In this document: piece after piece, positions 31,187-42,659 of the stretch | Numbering within the stretch: position 1 is the first letter of the stretch | Layout of the letters: the number at the start of each line of letters is the position of its first letter | Source of the DNA: Epithemia pelagica | Taxonomy: Eukaryota > Protista > Bacillariophyta | Direction: 5' to 3' | DNA: 64,000 nt | Assembly (NCBI GenBank): GCA_946965045.2 | Contig: OX337231.1 | Coordinates: 310,001-374,000 of the forward strand | Program-made: the position numbers and the translations under genes | The notes under the pieces: model-generated | Database searches by the model: none | What the model was told of the DNA's origin: nothing | Seen by the model: only the letters and a program-made list of their open reading frames with translations

Positions 31187-33313
31187 ATGGACCAAGAAAA
31201 TGGTATTCGAAAGAGTCCTCCGACTGATGGCGGAGATAAGCAAAGTGATTCGTCAGTTCCAGCAGCCGCAGCGGGACAAGGCAAAGCGAAAAAGCTCCGA
31301 GTAGCAGCAATCCCGGATCCCTTTCAGATGCTACTCTACAACTTGGAAGATGGACAAGACGAGGGAGTCGCCATCAGCGACATTGATGATCTCCTGCAGC
31401 ATGACGAGGAAGACAAGAAGACTGGTTTGTTGAAACTTGTCCAGGCATTAGCCAAGGAACGCAAGGAACTTGTCCAACAAAAAGAGGAACTTGTCCAACA
31501 AAACGTGGAAAAGGACGAAAAGATAGTCGAAAAGGACAATAAAAACAAGGAACTTGTCCAACAAAACGTGGAAAAGGACAATAAAAACAAGGAACTTGTC
31601 CAAAAGATGAAGGAAAAGGACAATACAAACAAGGAACTTGTCCAAGAAAATGAGCAACTTGTCCAAGAAAATGAGGAACTTGTTCAACAACGCAAGGAAC
31701 AAGCCCAAAAGATGAAGGAAAAGCGCAACCTTTTGGCACGTTCAATTGAGAATGTTTATTATCATTCCTATGGCACACCCGAACAAAAGCTTCGTCTTCC
31801 TCCGATAAACGTCGACCTCCAAATCAAACCCAGCGTGCACGGACACGAAATGATGAAGGCAGAAATTGTGCCATCAGAGTTTCCCATCAAAAGTCAATTG
31901 ATTCCTACCCGCTACCGGAAAAACGAGGGAAGCCCTGATATATATGAAATTGCAAGTAGCCTTGACGTGAACAGCAACATATCGTACGATGGCAAGATTC
32001 GGTACATGAATGAGATTGATGTACAATGCCGGTGCAAGGAATTGGTACAGGATATGATTGGGTGCCTTGGTCTTCGAAACCTCCTGAATGTACATATGGA
32101 GATTTCTTTGTATGGGAAAAGGCCCGACATTCTTGGTGTTTCGTGGAATGGAAAAGTTGTTTTTTGTGTTGAAGTGAAAGCTCTCGAGACCAAACAAGGT
32201 GAAGTGTTTGAAAGCGGAATCGTAGCCGGACAAATCTTTGACTACCTCATGACCATGAAGCAGCTGGGTGTACCCCATCCACTCGGTGCCATTATGACAT
32301 ACAATGGTATCCGGATCGTTTCACTGGAAAATTTCCAAGAGAATCATGAGCTGGAAGAAGCTGCCGAGGAGGGCGGTGGAGATGTTGTCACGCAGCGATC
32401 CGAAATGCCGAAGGAAACCAAAGAGGCTGCCAGTCCCCAGAAAGAAAGGATCTCAATAAAAGACGTAGTGGCAAAAGACAACGAGACCGTAGTTGATGAA
32501 AGTGGCTACATTGCTCCAAAGGTGTACGGCTCCCAGACGTTTTGGAATGATGATGTACCACTTGCTCTCTTCCTTGCGCTCAAGGTCGCTTTCTCTCAAC
32601 ATTGTGAGAACACGCTAGTGAAACTTCCTATTGTCAAACCGCAAGACAATATAGGATCTCGGATTTTTGCCAAAGTGACGGAAAAGGGTCTCAAATTCTA
32701 CAAATTGTCCTCCGACTTTCCACTACTAGTGAACGAGCCTGCCGGATCAACGTCGAAAGTTTTCTATTTGCTAGCCCAGCTGGGCCGTGGCTCTGCAGGG
32801 GAAGTGTACTTGGCCTGCAACTCAGTGGGTAGGCTTTGCGCCATCAAGCTGTATCCACACAAACGATCCTATGGCGCCACGGAAGAGGAACGGAAAAAAG
32901 AACACGCCAAAGAGCTCACGAGGGTCCAGGAAATCCGTGACAAGGAACTCAAAAATTGGAAGAAACTCTTTCCAAAAATGAAGCATGTCAAAGAACACAC
33001 GCTGAATGGCCTTCCTGCATTGCAGATGCCGTACCTTCGGCAACTAGAGACGAACGTCCAGGAACGCAGCAATTGCCTTGCAGATATTAAATCGGAACTC
33101 GAGCGGTATGCTGCCGAGAACCTGATGTACAAGAGCATGGACCTGCGCTGGCACCATGTATGCAAATTTCCCAGCGAAGATGGAAGTGATAGCATTATTC
33201 TTGTTGACTTGGAATTGCTGGAGAAAATTGTCGACAATCGGGAGAATTTGACTCCAGAAAAAAGAATGGAAGTTGTCGATTCCCAAATACAGGCTCTCCT
33301 TTCTTGTCCATGA
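31187..33313 (+). CDS. Crinkler-like protein, copy 3: expanded coiled coil + intact PD-ExK REase + kinase-like domain
   Basis: RPDILGV..FCVEVK; LGRGSAGEVYLA, AIKLY, DLRWHHV, LVDLE. More diverged than copies 1 and 2 and inverted relative to them. Confidence 0.78.
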   Translation: MDQENGIRKSPPTDGGDKQSDSSVPAAAAGQGKAKKLRVAAIPDPFQMLLYNLEDGQDEGVAISDIDDLLQHDEEDKKTGLLKLVQALAKERKELVQQKEELVQQNVEKDEKIVEKDNKNKELVQQNVEKDNKNKELVQKMKEKDNTNKELVQENEQLVQENEELVQQRKEQAQKMKEKRNLLARSIENVYYHSYGTPEQKLRLPPINVDLQIKPSVHGHEMMKAEIVPSEFPIKSQLIPTRYRKNEGSPDIYEIASSLDVNSNISYDGKIRYMNEIDVQCRCKELVQDMIGCLGLRNLLNVHMEISLYGKRPDILGVSWNGKVVFCVEVKALETKQGEVFESGIVAGQIFDYLMTMKQLGVPHPLGAIMTYNGIRIVSLENFQENHELEEAAEEGGGDVVTQRSEMPKETKEAASPQKERISIKDVVAKDNETVVDESGYIAPKVYGSQTFWNDDVPLALFLALKVAFSQHCENTLVKLPIVKPQDNIGSRIFAKVTEKGLKFYKLSSDFPLLVNEPAGSTSKVFYLLAQLGRGSAGEVYLACNSVGRLCAIKLYPHKRSYGATEEERKKEHAKELTRVQEIRDKELKNWKKLFPKMKHVKEHTLNGLPALQMPYLRQLETNVQERSNCLADIKSELERYAAENLMYKSMDLRWHHVCKFPSEDGSDSIILVDLELLEKIVDNRENLTPEKRMEVVDSQIQALLSCP

Positions 33314-33552
33314 GGATGACATTCTCAAATGGGGAAGATTGTCGTTCGATGGATACAATATCGTTTCATTATGTTGAGTGGAAAGAATCGAAAGCTCTCT
33401 CGTTGCGGTCCTAGTAGAGGAGTCACTCCTTGTCACGGGTTTTCTGGACCTCCCCCCAACGCTTTGTCGTGATCTTTTGTCCGTTTCCGTGGTTGCCAAT
33501 GATCGCTTGTATGGATACAGCTTGATGGCGCAAAGCTCAGCGCTTGCGTTGC

Positions 33553-33748
33553 CAGGGCAAGTTTACTTGGCCTGCAACTCAAGGGGTAAGCTTTGCGCCA
33601 TAAAGTTGTATCCATACGAGCAATGGTATGCCGCCACGAATTGGAAGAAAGTATTCCCAAAAATCAAGTCTGTCAAAAAACACAAGCCTTTCTGCATTGC
33701 AAATGCCGTACCTTCTGTAACTATCTAGAGACGAGCCTCCAGGAACGT
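33553..33748 (+). pseudogene. Decayed fragment of the CR-like kinase domain
   Basis: GQVYLACNSRGKLCAIKLYPYE..NWKKVFPKIK matches copy 3, with deletions and frameshifts. Confidence 0.75.
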
Positions 33749-33972
33749 GGTCATTTCCCGTGTCGTGCCGTTCACTAAAAAATGTCAAGGGCTATGACTA
33801 TACGAGCAATTCTGCCAAAGACTGCTCAGATCGTGATGTCTCGTGTAGAAAGAGTCCGTAGCGCTTAGGTCGCGGAAATCGAAAATGACGTGGTTTCGTT
33901 CGGAAGCTCGTTGGGTGTTGGTGTGGTGGTTGCCGTCGTGGCTTGCAAATCACACTTATCTCTCACACCACC

Positions 33973-35964
33973 ATGGTTGCAACAACAACAAGAAGAAGAA
34001 GAATGAGTGTCCTTCTTGGTGGTAGTACTACTGCAGCAGCATGCTCGTTTCTGGTCAGAGCTGCCTGGGTGTTGTTTCTACTCTCGATGGATTCACCTAA
34101 TGTGGTGAATGCCTTTTCCATCATGGGAGTCACCACCCAACCATCAGCAGCACAACCATGGTCCCTTTCTCGTCCGTCATCCTCCCGACTGTTTCAAAGT
34201 ACTACTACTCCGAACGAACCATCCTCCGTCACTCCCAAACAGGACCCAGTCGCCGCGGCCAATCTTAAGAATATTCTTCCCCCCACTGAAGCCGATGTGA
34301 TTGTGATTGGATCGGGCTTGGCCGGGTTGTCCTGTGCCGCCTTGTTGTCGTATTGTCATGGCAAACGGGTCGTCGTGTTGGAATCCCATGACATTCCCGG
34401 TGGAGCTGCGCATTCGTGGACGCGACGTGGCTTTCACTTTGAATCGGGACCGAGTTTGTACAGTGGCTTGTCCACACCCACGTCACCCAATCCGCTCAAG
34501 GGTATTTTTCAAATGCTCGACAATCCCGAGTTGGAACCGACATGGTTGACCTACGATCGATGGGGCACGGTACTGCCGGATGGATCCAAATTTGCCGCCA
34601 AAATTGGACCCGAAGAATTTGAAACCGTCCTCTTGGAACAAGGTGGTCCGGAAGCTGTGGAGGAATTTGCCACTCTCATGGATCGCATGAAACCCTTGTC
34701 CAATGCCGCCCAAGCCTTGACATCCTTGGCCTTGCGCGAAGATGCGGGTGCCGTCGTGACTCTGCTCAAATATCCCGTGGCACTCTGGGATACGCTCCGT
34801 CATGGTGCCGCACTCCAACAACCCTTTTCCACCATGGTGCAAGAAATGCAATTAAAGAATCCGTTTGTCAAAAATTGGCTCGACATGTTATGCTTCCTGT
34901 TGCAAGGCTTGCCCGCGGCGGGTACCATGAATGCCGTTATTGCCTACATGTTGGCCGATTGGTATCGACCCGGTGTCACCTTGGATTTCCCCAAGGGCGG
35001 ATCCGGTGCCATTGTCGATGCCTTGGTCCGCGCCGTCCAACAAGCACCCTCGTCGTCCTCCTTGTCGTCGTCGTCGAGTCCCACGGGGGGTGTCTTTTGC
35101 AATTGTCATGTGGACCAAATCTTGGTGAGTGACAATGGACAAGAAGCCATTGGTGTGCAATTGGCCACTGGACAGCAAATTATGGCCCGACAAGCCGTCG
35201 TGTCCAATGCCGATCCGTACGTCACCTGGAACCTGTTGAAGCCTTCCCAATCACGCTTGTCGGATTCAATGGTCACGTACATGGAGGAGTGGATCAATAC
35301 CGATACCACTACGGGTGGTGTGGACGATCTAAAGAGTTTTATTCATTTGCATGCCGGCATTAATGCCACGGGTTTGCCCACGACCCCCAGTGCCGACTTT
35401 CCCGCCCAATGGGCCGTCATTCGCGATTGGGAAGCGGGCGTCGAAGCGCCCCGCAACATTGTCTTGTGCAGCATGCCCAGTTTGATTGATTATGCGAATG
35501 AAACGTCGTGTTTGGCACCGCCCGGCTGTCATGTACTTCATGCCTATGTGCCGGCCACGGAACCCTATGCCGACTGGGCCGGTCTGGATCGATCCTCTCC
35601 CGAATACTTGGCCCGCAAGGACGAAGCGGCCGACTTTTTGTGGACAGCGATTGAGGAATATATTCCCAATGCGCGCGAACGAGCCATTCCCGGAACGGTG
35701 CAAATTGGGACACCCTTGACGCACGAACGATTTTTGCGACGGACCCGGGGCACCTATGGACCACGCCTCGTGGTCGGTGGCGGCGATTCCTCGTCATCCT
35801 TGCCGAGTCATGGAACACCCTTGTCGCACTTGTACATGGTCGGTGACTTTACCTTTCCGGGAATTGGGGTACCCGCCACGGCCGCCTCGGGTGCCATTGC
35901 CGCCCATTCCTTGGTGCCCGTGTGGGATCACCTGAAACTGCTCGACAAGTTGAAATTGCCCTAA
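33973..35964 (+). CDS. Carotenoid isomerase-like (CRTISO/CrtH family) FAD oxidoreductase, probably plastid-targeted
   Basis: DVIVIGSGLAGLSCAALL, ESHDIPGGAAH, GFHFESGPSL, GTPLTHERFL..GTYGP, GDFTFPGIGVPA. Signal peptide ending NA|FS. Confidence 0.85.
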   Translation: MVATTTRRRRMSVLLGGSTTAAACSFLVRAAWVLFLLSMDSPNVVNAFSIMGVTTQPSAAQPWSLSRPSSSRLFQSTTTPNEPSSVTPKQDPVAAANLKNILPPTEADVIVIGSGLAGLSCAALLSYCHGKRVVVLESHDIPGGAAHSWTRRGFHFESGPSLYSGLSTPTSPNPLKGIFQMLDNPELEPTWLTYDRWGTVLPDGSKFAAKIGPEEFETVLLEQGGPEAVEEFATLMDRMKPLSNAAQALTSLALREDAGAVVTLLKYPVALWDTLRHGAALQQPFSTMVQEMQLKNPFVKNWLDMLCFLLQGLPAAGTMNAVIAYMLADWYRPGVTLDFPKGGSGAIVDALVRAVQQAPSSSSLSSSSSPTGGVFCNCHVDQILVSDNGQEAIGVQLATGQQIMARQAVVSNADPYVTWNLLKPSQSRLSDSMVTYMEEWINTDTTTGGVDDLKSFIHLHAGINATGLPTTPSADFPAQWAVIRDWEAGVEAPRNIVLCSMPSLIDYANETSCLAPPGCHVLHAYVPATEPYADWAGLDRSSPEYLARKDEAADFLWTAIEEYIPNARERAIPGTVQIGTPLTHERFLRRTRGTYGPRLVVGGGDSSSSLPSHGTPLSHLYMVGDFTFPGIGVPATAASGAIAAHSLVPVWDHLKLLDKLKLP

Positions 35965-37076
35965 CAAGTAAAACTAAGTATCAGGCCTCTACTATAGTAG
36001 TAGTGTGTATGACGCGCGCAACGATCAAATAGAACAAGCTACCATGATGCAGTCAATGTTGCTCACGAGTTTGCAGATTGTAGGATTCGTGTCGAATGGA
36101 AGATGATTGGAACCAAAGACCCATTGGTTTCTGTATGACGGCCGGAATACAACTTTGTGGTGGTAGTTGAGAGTGAAAAAAAGACCTCTCCAAGTGGTCA
36201 CCAGCTGCCAACAACAAGTGCAGATACAGTTTACGTTTGTGTAGAAAAGGCTACGATTTCCATGGTCCCTTCCGAAACAAGTAGGTAGGAGGAGTACTTG
36301 CCGTTTGAGCGCTCGTTGCTTGCAGCAACGAGGTATTGTGTTGATTCCTTGTCGTGAACGAGACAGCGAAAAACGGATATGTTCCGAGCCATGCACAAAT
36401 CCAACAGAACCCCATTGCGGATGATCCTGCAGTCTCGTTCCATTTCATTTCTGGAACAGACACCAAATCAAAGACTATACCTAGCTAGGAATCTGAGAAA
36501 CGAAGTGACTAGCTAGAAGACTTTTTCAAGCGTCGGACAAAGTTTGTTCGAGTCCAACGAAACAAGTGTCTTGGGGCACAAATGGCATCCGCAATCGGAG
36601 ATGAGGAGGGCTTGGTTTGCGTTTTTCCCCTGCAGAGTTGACCATAGACTGCGTGACATCTGCGACTGCACCCTCGCGTAGAACATTTTGAGTCATCAGT
36701 CGTGCAACGGAACACCGAGATTGGATGGTTCCTGCGCGTTCCGAGCGGAGAAAGGAGCCTGCGCGCCGTCACAAAAAGCTACTCCACACGAAGGAAAAAG
36801 ACACTGGAAACGTTTGGGAGGAGTGTGGAGCCCCCCAAGAGAGTGGGAAACGTAACAAACACCCCGCAATACACACAGCAAACAGCAAACCCAAAGCACA
36901 AAAGGTTGCCCAAGCCAGGATTGCCCTTTTGCTTCTTGTGAGAGTTTTGCAACGGGAGTCCACACCCGACAAAACTGCATCGCACCAAACAAAAGGCTCA
37001 CAATCTGCAAACGACAGCGACACAACAGCTCCCGAAATATTTGAAACAACGCACACCCAAAGCATAATACCATACC

Positions 37077-37704
37077 ATGGGCGCCTTTCATTCCAGACCC
37101 TCCGCAACCACACCTCAATTCTCCCATGATGGAGTCATGGTGGATGTCCCCATTTTCACTGTTACCTTTGTACGTACATCTATGGCCGCTCTTTTGTGTG
37201 TTTGTGTTTCTCCTGTTCTCATTTGGTTCGGTTCTATGATTGCTGTATGCTCGTGTGGGTCTAATTCGACATTTGCAGATGGAAGGCAAACGAGGCCGGG
37301 GTGTCGATGAATTTTTGGCAGCCTTGACCGCCATTCGACGTGCGTGGCCGCAAGCGGTGGTCAAGGATGACAATATCTTGTTGCGAGAAGTCCCCTTCAA
37401 GGTTTCGGTCCAGGAAGGCATGAAACACAAGAACCACAAAAAGAGGCAGGGTCGCAAACACGAGGACGAAGCAGTGGTCTCCAAAGACTTGTGGATTGGC
37501 GAACAAGCCGATTTGAAACAAGCCAATCCCGACAAACGACAACGCTGCATGGCCGAAATTACCGCAGCCGTGGAACAATACAAGCAGGACTACTTGCAAG
37601 CTCAACAACTCAAATTGGCGCTCTTGCATCAAGAACAGCAACAGTCAGAGCAAGAACAACCATCACTGGCGGCAGTTGCTCCACAGGCACAGGCAGTCCA
37701 TTAA
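37077..37704 (+). CDS. Rdx/SelW-like paralog without a redox-site residue; 2 exons (37077-37169, 37279-37704)
   Basis: MGAFHS...PIFTVTF | GTACGT intron (CTAAT branch, CAG) | MEGKRGRGVDEFLAALTAIRRAWP. Aligns with the genes at 49222 and 56770. Confidence 0.75.
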
Positions 37705-38534
37705 TAAAAAAGAGACCCAAACGATGCAACAACACGTACTTCATTTCATTTCCGGAATGGTTGTTTGCCAGGACGGAATAAATGATATCTCATCTCTGTA
37801 GTAGTTGAAAAAATCCATCACTGATGAGTATCTTTGTAAAGTCGTCTTTCTTCTCTAGCTAGGAGCACTTGTTCCGTCTCAAGACATTTGTCGTACTTCT
37901 TTTGTCATGGCGTTGAGTACAAAAGGCGTTCTTGCTCCAAGAATATTGGCATTACTGTCCATTCTTTGTGGTTCACCCTATGTTTATGTATAGAGAGGGT
38001 ACGATCCGAGGAACCGTCCTCCCACTAACTAGTGCAAACGACAATCCAGCCATTGTGTTCCTAGCTAGAGAAAAGCAATAGAAACATTCTTACCTCTAGA
38101 AAATTGGACTCCAATGTAATATACATAGAGAGGGCACGAGGAAACGAAACGACTATTGCAAACGACAATCCAACCATTGTCTCCTACAAGTAGAAAGATG
38201 CAAAAGAATACTACCACCTCTAGAAAAAATTGGAAACCAAGGAGTGAAAAGTGAGAGTGTGGTTTGGTTCGCCACCACCACATTCATTCACTGGTTGTTT
38301 GTGCAGGACGGACAGTGGTCTCTCGGCCAACGGATCCGTTTCCAGTCTCTGGCCACGCAGCGTTTCGAACCAAGAGGGGGAGTTTGGTATAGTATGGGTC
38401 CATCGTTGGTGTCGTGCTTGGAGGAACAAGAAGAAGAACAAGAAGTAGAAGAAGACGACGAATAAGAGGAGGAAGAAGAAGAGGATTGGGGAGTACGGCG
38501 AAGGATGGTGTTTTACTTGGAGGACGGATCGTCG

Positions 38535-38698
38535 TGCTAAAAGTTTGCTTATCAGAAAGATTATACGTTCGTTACACAGAAAACTATCCTGGTTCACAGA
38601 TGGGAGTCGTACACAGCTCCCACCAAAATCGGCCACATAGCCGTGGTAGTTTCCACACATTTGTCGTTCGTTGCCAAATATAGACCACAATTTCAACA
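38535..38698 (-). repeat. 3' LTR (164 bp)
   Basis: Two transitions relative to the 5' LTR; preceded on the minus strand by the purine tract GAGAGGAG (38699-38706). Confidence 0.95.
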
Positions 38699-38839
38699 CT
38701 CCTCTCAAATCAACCTTGCCGCTGCAATGTTGGTTTGTCATCGTCTTGTGATCCTTGATTCATCCTAGGTGGTTCGCATCATGCTACCTCCACCTCCGTC
38801 CAACCAAGTGGTTCCGCTCATGCATAATCCACTTATCAT

Positions 38840-41800
38840 TCACTCTGTGCCAAAGATGTGGTGAAGCAAGTTCCGAACAAACCCACGCCTCTTCTCTCCA
38901 TTTGGCAGAACCTTAGTCAACAAGTCCGCCTCATTATCGTGAGTGTTTATGTAGGTCGTTCTCCACTCGTCCCTTGCCACACCCTCCCGCACAAAGTGGT
39001 ATGCAATAGACTGGCTCTTCTTCTTTAGCGCCGAGTCTGGTATTGTAGTGTTCGCCAACACTGACTGATTATCTCCGTAGATAAGGCTTGGGTCGTCACA
39101 CGGTATTCCAAGCATCCTTAGCTTGTACCGTAACCCTCGTAGGTATTCACAACACTGCTTCATAGCAATAAATTCCGATCCAAAGGATGACGATTCGATT
39201 GATGTTTGCTTCTTGCTCCACCAATATGTCAATGCCGAATTCAGATAGACAAGAAAACCCGTTCGAGATCGTCTCGATACCGTGTCGGAAGCATGATCCG
39301 CATCGACTTTGGCGCGAATCACAAACCCCAATCCCCGAGGCTCCGGCATGTTGGGTGGGAACTCCTCCTTGCCATCAATATGGCCAAACTCTGAAGCAGT
39401 CCAATCTCTTCGTTCAAACTCTGTTTCGTCAACGACGGGGTCGCTTGGATCATACACAAGCTCTGCGTTGTGGTACTTCTTGAGGTATGCGAATACCTGA
39501 AGGACTTGTTGCATATGCCCCTCCCTCGGTAGGGCGAGATGGGACGACAACACTGATACCTCAAGGCAGATGTCGACTCTGCCTAACTCGACAATCCAAC
39601 GCAAAACTCCAATCAAAGATTGATAGTACGAGGCGTCTCCCGGTGACAATTCCGCTGAGACATCCAGTTCCGCTCTGTAGTTGGCCTTCATCGGCGTGTC
39701 TGCTTTGCTTGGTAGAGACCATCTTTTGTTCTCATCCTTGGACAGATGATCTTCCACATTCTTTACAGCGGCTTGAACGTATTGCGAAGAACTGAAGGCC
39801 CATGCTTCGGCTCCATTTTCAAGCACAACCTTCCAAACTCTTCCACCGAGATACAGACTTGGAGGACCGACCGACTCCTCTTTCAACTCAAAGTATCGGC
39901 CAATTTCCTCCCGGAGAATCTTCTCCGCTCTCTCCCCGATGGCCAAGGCGTCGTCTACGTAGAGCAATACATACTCGTAGTACGGTGATCCGTCAGACTT
40001 TTCTGCCGGCCTCATCCAGACGTCTGGATCCGCAGGGCATGACTTGAAACCAAGATGACTCATACGTGATCTGAGATGGTTCCGAAAATCCTTTCCCGCC
40101 GTCTTCCCTCCATATAAGGCGCGATGAACTAGTGCAACCTTGCCCACGTTCTCGATCCCAAACTCAGGACCACATATAATGTAATCCTTTCTTGAGGATG
40201 GCGCCTGGAGGTACGCATTTCTGATGTCGGCGGCGAAGACATCAAGCCCATTCAGAGCGGCGTACGTGAAAGCGATGCGTACGCTTTCTCTAGACACCAC
40301 ACCGGCAAACGTTGATCCCTCTGGATCTGGTGTCTTGTGCCCATCGAGGACCCACCTGGCCTTCCTGGTGAAGTCCATCTTCACGTCCCAGACTAGATGT
40401 CCGGTTACCAGGTGCCAACCATGGGGTGCCTTTTCTCCATCGGCTAGGATTTTGAAGGCGACTCCAACATTGAACATCTCCTTGGCTAGAGCCTTCATCC
40501 AATAGTCATTGCCGTTTCTCTTGTCAAGCTCCTTCGCATGCTCCACACTTGTAGGTATCTCTATACCATACTTGTGCCGGACCTGTCGTGTCCGTGTCTT
40601 CAGTGCCGATATGATTGCGTCCCTGCGCCGCAATGTTGACTTGGCCCACCATTGAAACGCGGGCTCATCTTCCAATCCTCGTGCAACGGCAAACTCGGCC
40701 GTCTCAATAGGATATGATTCCTTCATGTCTGCCAATCGTTGCCAAGATTCAGATCCATCCTTCCACTTGACTAGCAGCCACCACCCTCTCGTCGTCTTCC
40801 TTGCCCTCCGTCTACCATGCCTGTCATAGACGTATTTGTCGCGTTTGGATACGGCCAGAGATTCGTCCTTCTTCCATTCGACTATCCCTTCCATCAGTCG
40901 CAGGTGTTTCCCATCTGTGTCAACCTCGGCAAGCATGCTTTCGGCTATGACATTGGCGGCATACTCCTTGACTTGGCCGTCCAAGAACTCGACTTCGTAG
41001 AGGATTGAGTTGCTGTATGGGTCGTCATGATATTTGCCAGACGTTGTCCCATCGGCCCCAATAGCTCTTCTCTTGACCACTCCCTTGCTGATCTCATCAC
41101 CGATCTGCATCTGCACTTCAGCGTTGATCATCCTGTCGTAGGCAGGGCATTGGTTCAAGAGTCTTCCCGTGTTGTCGACTGTGTCTTCTATATCCGGGGT
41201 GGTATATTGAGGTTGTTCGTCGTCCTCATACGGATCATAAAATTTTTCATCGTCGTCGGGAATGGTAGGTGGTGGTTGTATGGAGGTGCCATGCCTCCTC
41301 TCAATCAATGCGTTGAAGGCCTCACGCTTTGATTGCTCACTGGCACTGTAGATTTCAGATTCTTGTAGTGGGCGGGTAGACCGTCGTGGCACCACATTTC
41401 CATTTGCTTTTAGAACCCATTGTGCCATCTCATTTCCTTCACCTTTTGCCAGTCCAAGGATACGACCTAGGACCTCTTGGTTGTGGGGAAACTTTGCTGT
41501 GTGCTCACGAAAGTAGCACCATTCGTACCACTGGTATCGTCCAAGACTCGAAATATCCCCCTCAACACCCAGCGTTGCGGTGTAGGGATTCGTTCCCCGA
41601 ACGGTGATGTAATCTCTAGCCGTGAGATTGTAAATTCGGACTCTCCTCTCTAGGCAGTAGTCCCAAAACGGAAGCGGGGAGTTCGCTTCGCGCATGTCTT
41701 TGCGAACCGCTTCCTTTATCAACTTGATATACAACTCAGCTTTATTCGCCCAGGGCGTGCCCTCTTCCAACGCGCGAAGAGTTGTTCCGATGTCGTTGAG

Positions 41801-42058
41801 GAATAATTTCATGTCGGAACTCGTTTGTTCCTTGGACATGTCACATATCAACGCATCAGGGGCACCAATTTCTTTTGCAAAGATTTTGACAGCCATCAAA
41901 ACTTCCGACTTCCTCTTCATTGGCACCACATGCATGAAGCCTTTGTCGGTAACAAACAATTGGCAACATGTGTGGCCACGAGACGACTTCCCTCCTTTCT
42001 TCGTCGCAAACAAGGTGTCCATATAGAAGTATTCTTCTATTCGTCGGTACCGGAGCAT
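38840..42058 (-). CDS. pol: Copia pol: integrase core, reverse transcriptase, RNase H (out of frame with the protease)
   Basis: IN: YMDTLFA, ICD, NKAELYI. RT: DVKMDFTRKARWV, ADIRNAYLQA, YVDD. RH: DADHA, SSFGSEF, GDNQS, NEADLLTK. Confidence 0.93.
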   Translation of the reverse strand: MLRYRRIEEYFYMDTLFATKKGGKSSRGHTCCQLFVTDKGFMHVVPMKRKSEVLMAVKIFAKEIGAPDALICDMSKEQTSSDMKLFLNDIGTTLRALEEGTPWANKAELYIKLIKEAVRKDMREANSPLPFWDYCLERRVRIYNLTARDYITVRGTNPYTATLGVEGDISSLGRYQWYEWCYFREHTAKFPHNQEVLGRILGLAKGEGNEMAQWVLKANGNVVPRRSTRPLQESEIYSASEQSKREAFNALIERRHGTSIQPPPTIPDDDEKFYDPYEDDEQPQYTTPDIEDTVDNTGRLLNQCPAYDRMINAEVQMQIGDEISKGVVKRRAIGADGTTSGKYHDDPYSNSILYEVEFLDGQVKEYAANVIAESMLAEVDTDGKHLRLMEGIVEWKKDESLAVSKRDKYVYDRHGRRRARKTTRGWWLLVKWKDGSESWQRLADMKESYPIETAEFAVARGLEDEPAFQWWAKSTLRRRDAIISALKTRTRQVRHKYGIEIPTSVEHAKELDKRNGNDYWMKALAKEMFNVGVAFKILADGEKAPHGWHLVTGHLVWDVKMDFTRKARWVLDGHKTPDPEGSTFAGVVSRESVRIAFTYAALNGLDVFAADIRNAYLQAPSSRKDYIICGPEFGIENVGKVALVHRALYGGKTAGKDFRNHLRSRMSHLGFKSCPADPDVWMRPAEKSDGSPYYEYVLLYVDDALAIGERAEKILREEIGRYFELKEESVGPPSLYLGGRVWKVVLENGAEAWAFSSSQYVQAAVKNVEDHLSKDENKRWSLPSKADTPMKANYRAELDVSAELSPGDASYYQSLIGVLRWIVELGRVDICLEVSVLSSHLALPREGHMQQVLQVFAYLKKYHNAELVYDPSDPVVDETEFERRDWTASEFGHIDGKEEFPPNMPEPRGLGFVIRAKVDADHASDTVSRRSRTGFLVYLNSALTYWWSKKQTSIESSSFGSEFIAMKQCCEYLRGLRYKLRMLGIPCDDPSLIYGDNQSVLANTTIPDSALKKKSQSIAYHFVREGVARDEWRTTYINTHDNEADLLTKVLPNGEKRRGFVRNLLHHIFGTE

Positions 42059-42073
42059 TCGGTCGTTGGTGCC

Positions 42074-42647
42074 AAAAGGAGAAGATTCCCCAGAGGCTCA
42101 GAGGGATTCGGAAACCCGTGGACGGAAAAATGACCGCATGATCGTCTGTGGTCGGGTCATCAGTATGGATCTTCGCCCGTTCGTTGACCCTGATGCCTGC
42201 CTCTCGAAGGATGAACGGTGGGATTAAGTTGTTCTCCATTGCTTGAACCCACAAGGCGTTTTGAATGACGAGAAGGTATGGCTTCCCTGCATACGGACAA
42301 TCGTACCGGACAATGGCGTCCACCAGTTCCGCTTGCATCGATTTGTATTGGGGTGTGAAAGGGCTAACATCGACCTTCCTCCCATGCTTATTTATGATGT
42401 ACGCATGCCGTCCGACGACAGGCATATTGGCATGGCTATCCAGCTCCGTTCGATGCTCCCCATCCATGTCCTGCATTTCCTCATCATTGTCCAGTGATGC
42501 AGCGGCAACAAGCGCAAAACATCGGTTTGGAACAATGGACTCATGCTGCCTGCATTGGCATTCATGCTCAAATTTTCCGTGTTCTCCGGGGTCCCATGGT
42601 TTTGTGTTGTCCGGCTGCAATATCCCTCCTCTCAAGGATGAGGACAT
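42074..42647 (-). pseudogene. Copia aspartic protease region, ending at a frameshifting deletion junction
   Basis: ELDSHANM active site; RIPLSLWGIFS is joined directly, out of frame, to FGTNDRMLRYRR. Confidence 0.85.
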
Positions 42648-42659
42648 GGCCGGACGCCC

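Noticed and set aside
36025-37583. Several ORFs, including 36696..37583 (-)
   Set aside because: No recognisable motifs; the long one is antisense to the spliced Rdx-like gene and its upstream region.
38030-38230. Short imperfect repeat (tgcaaacgacaatcca.ccattgt)
   Set aside because: Two degenerate copies only, with no further structure.
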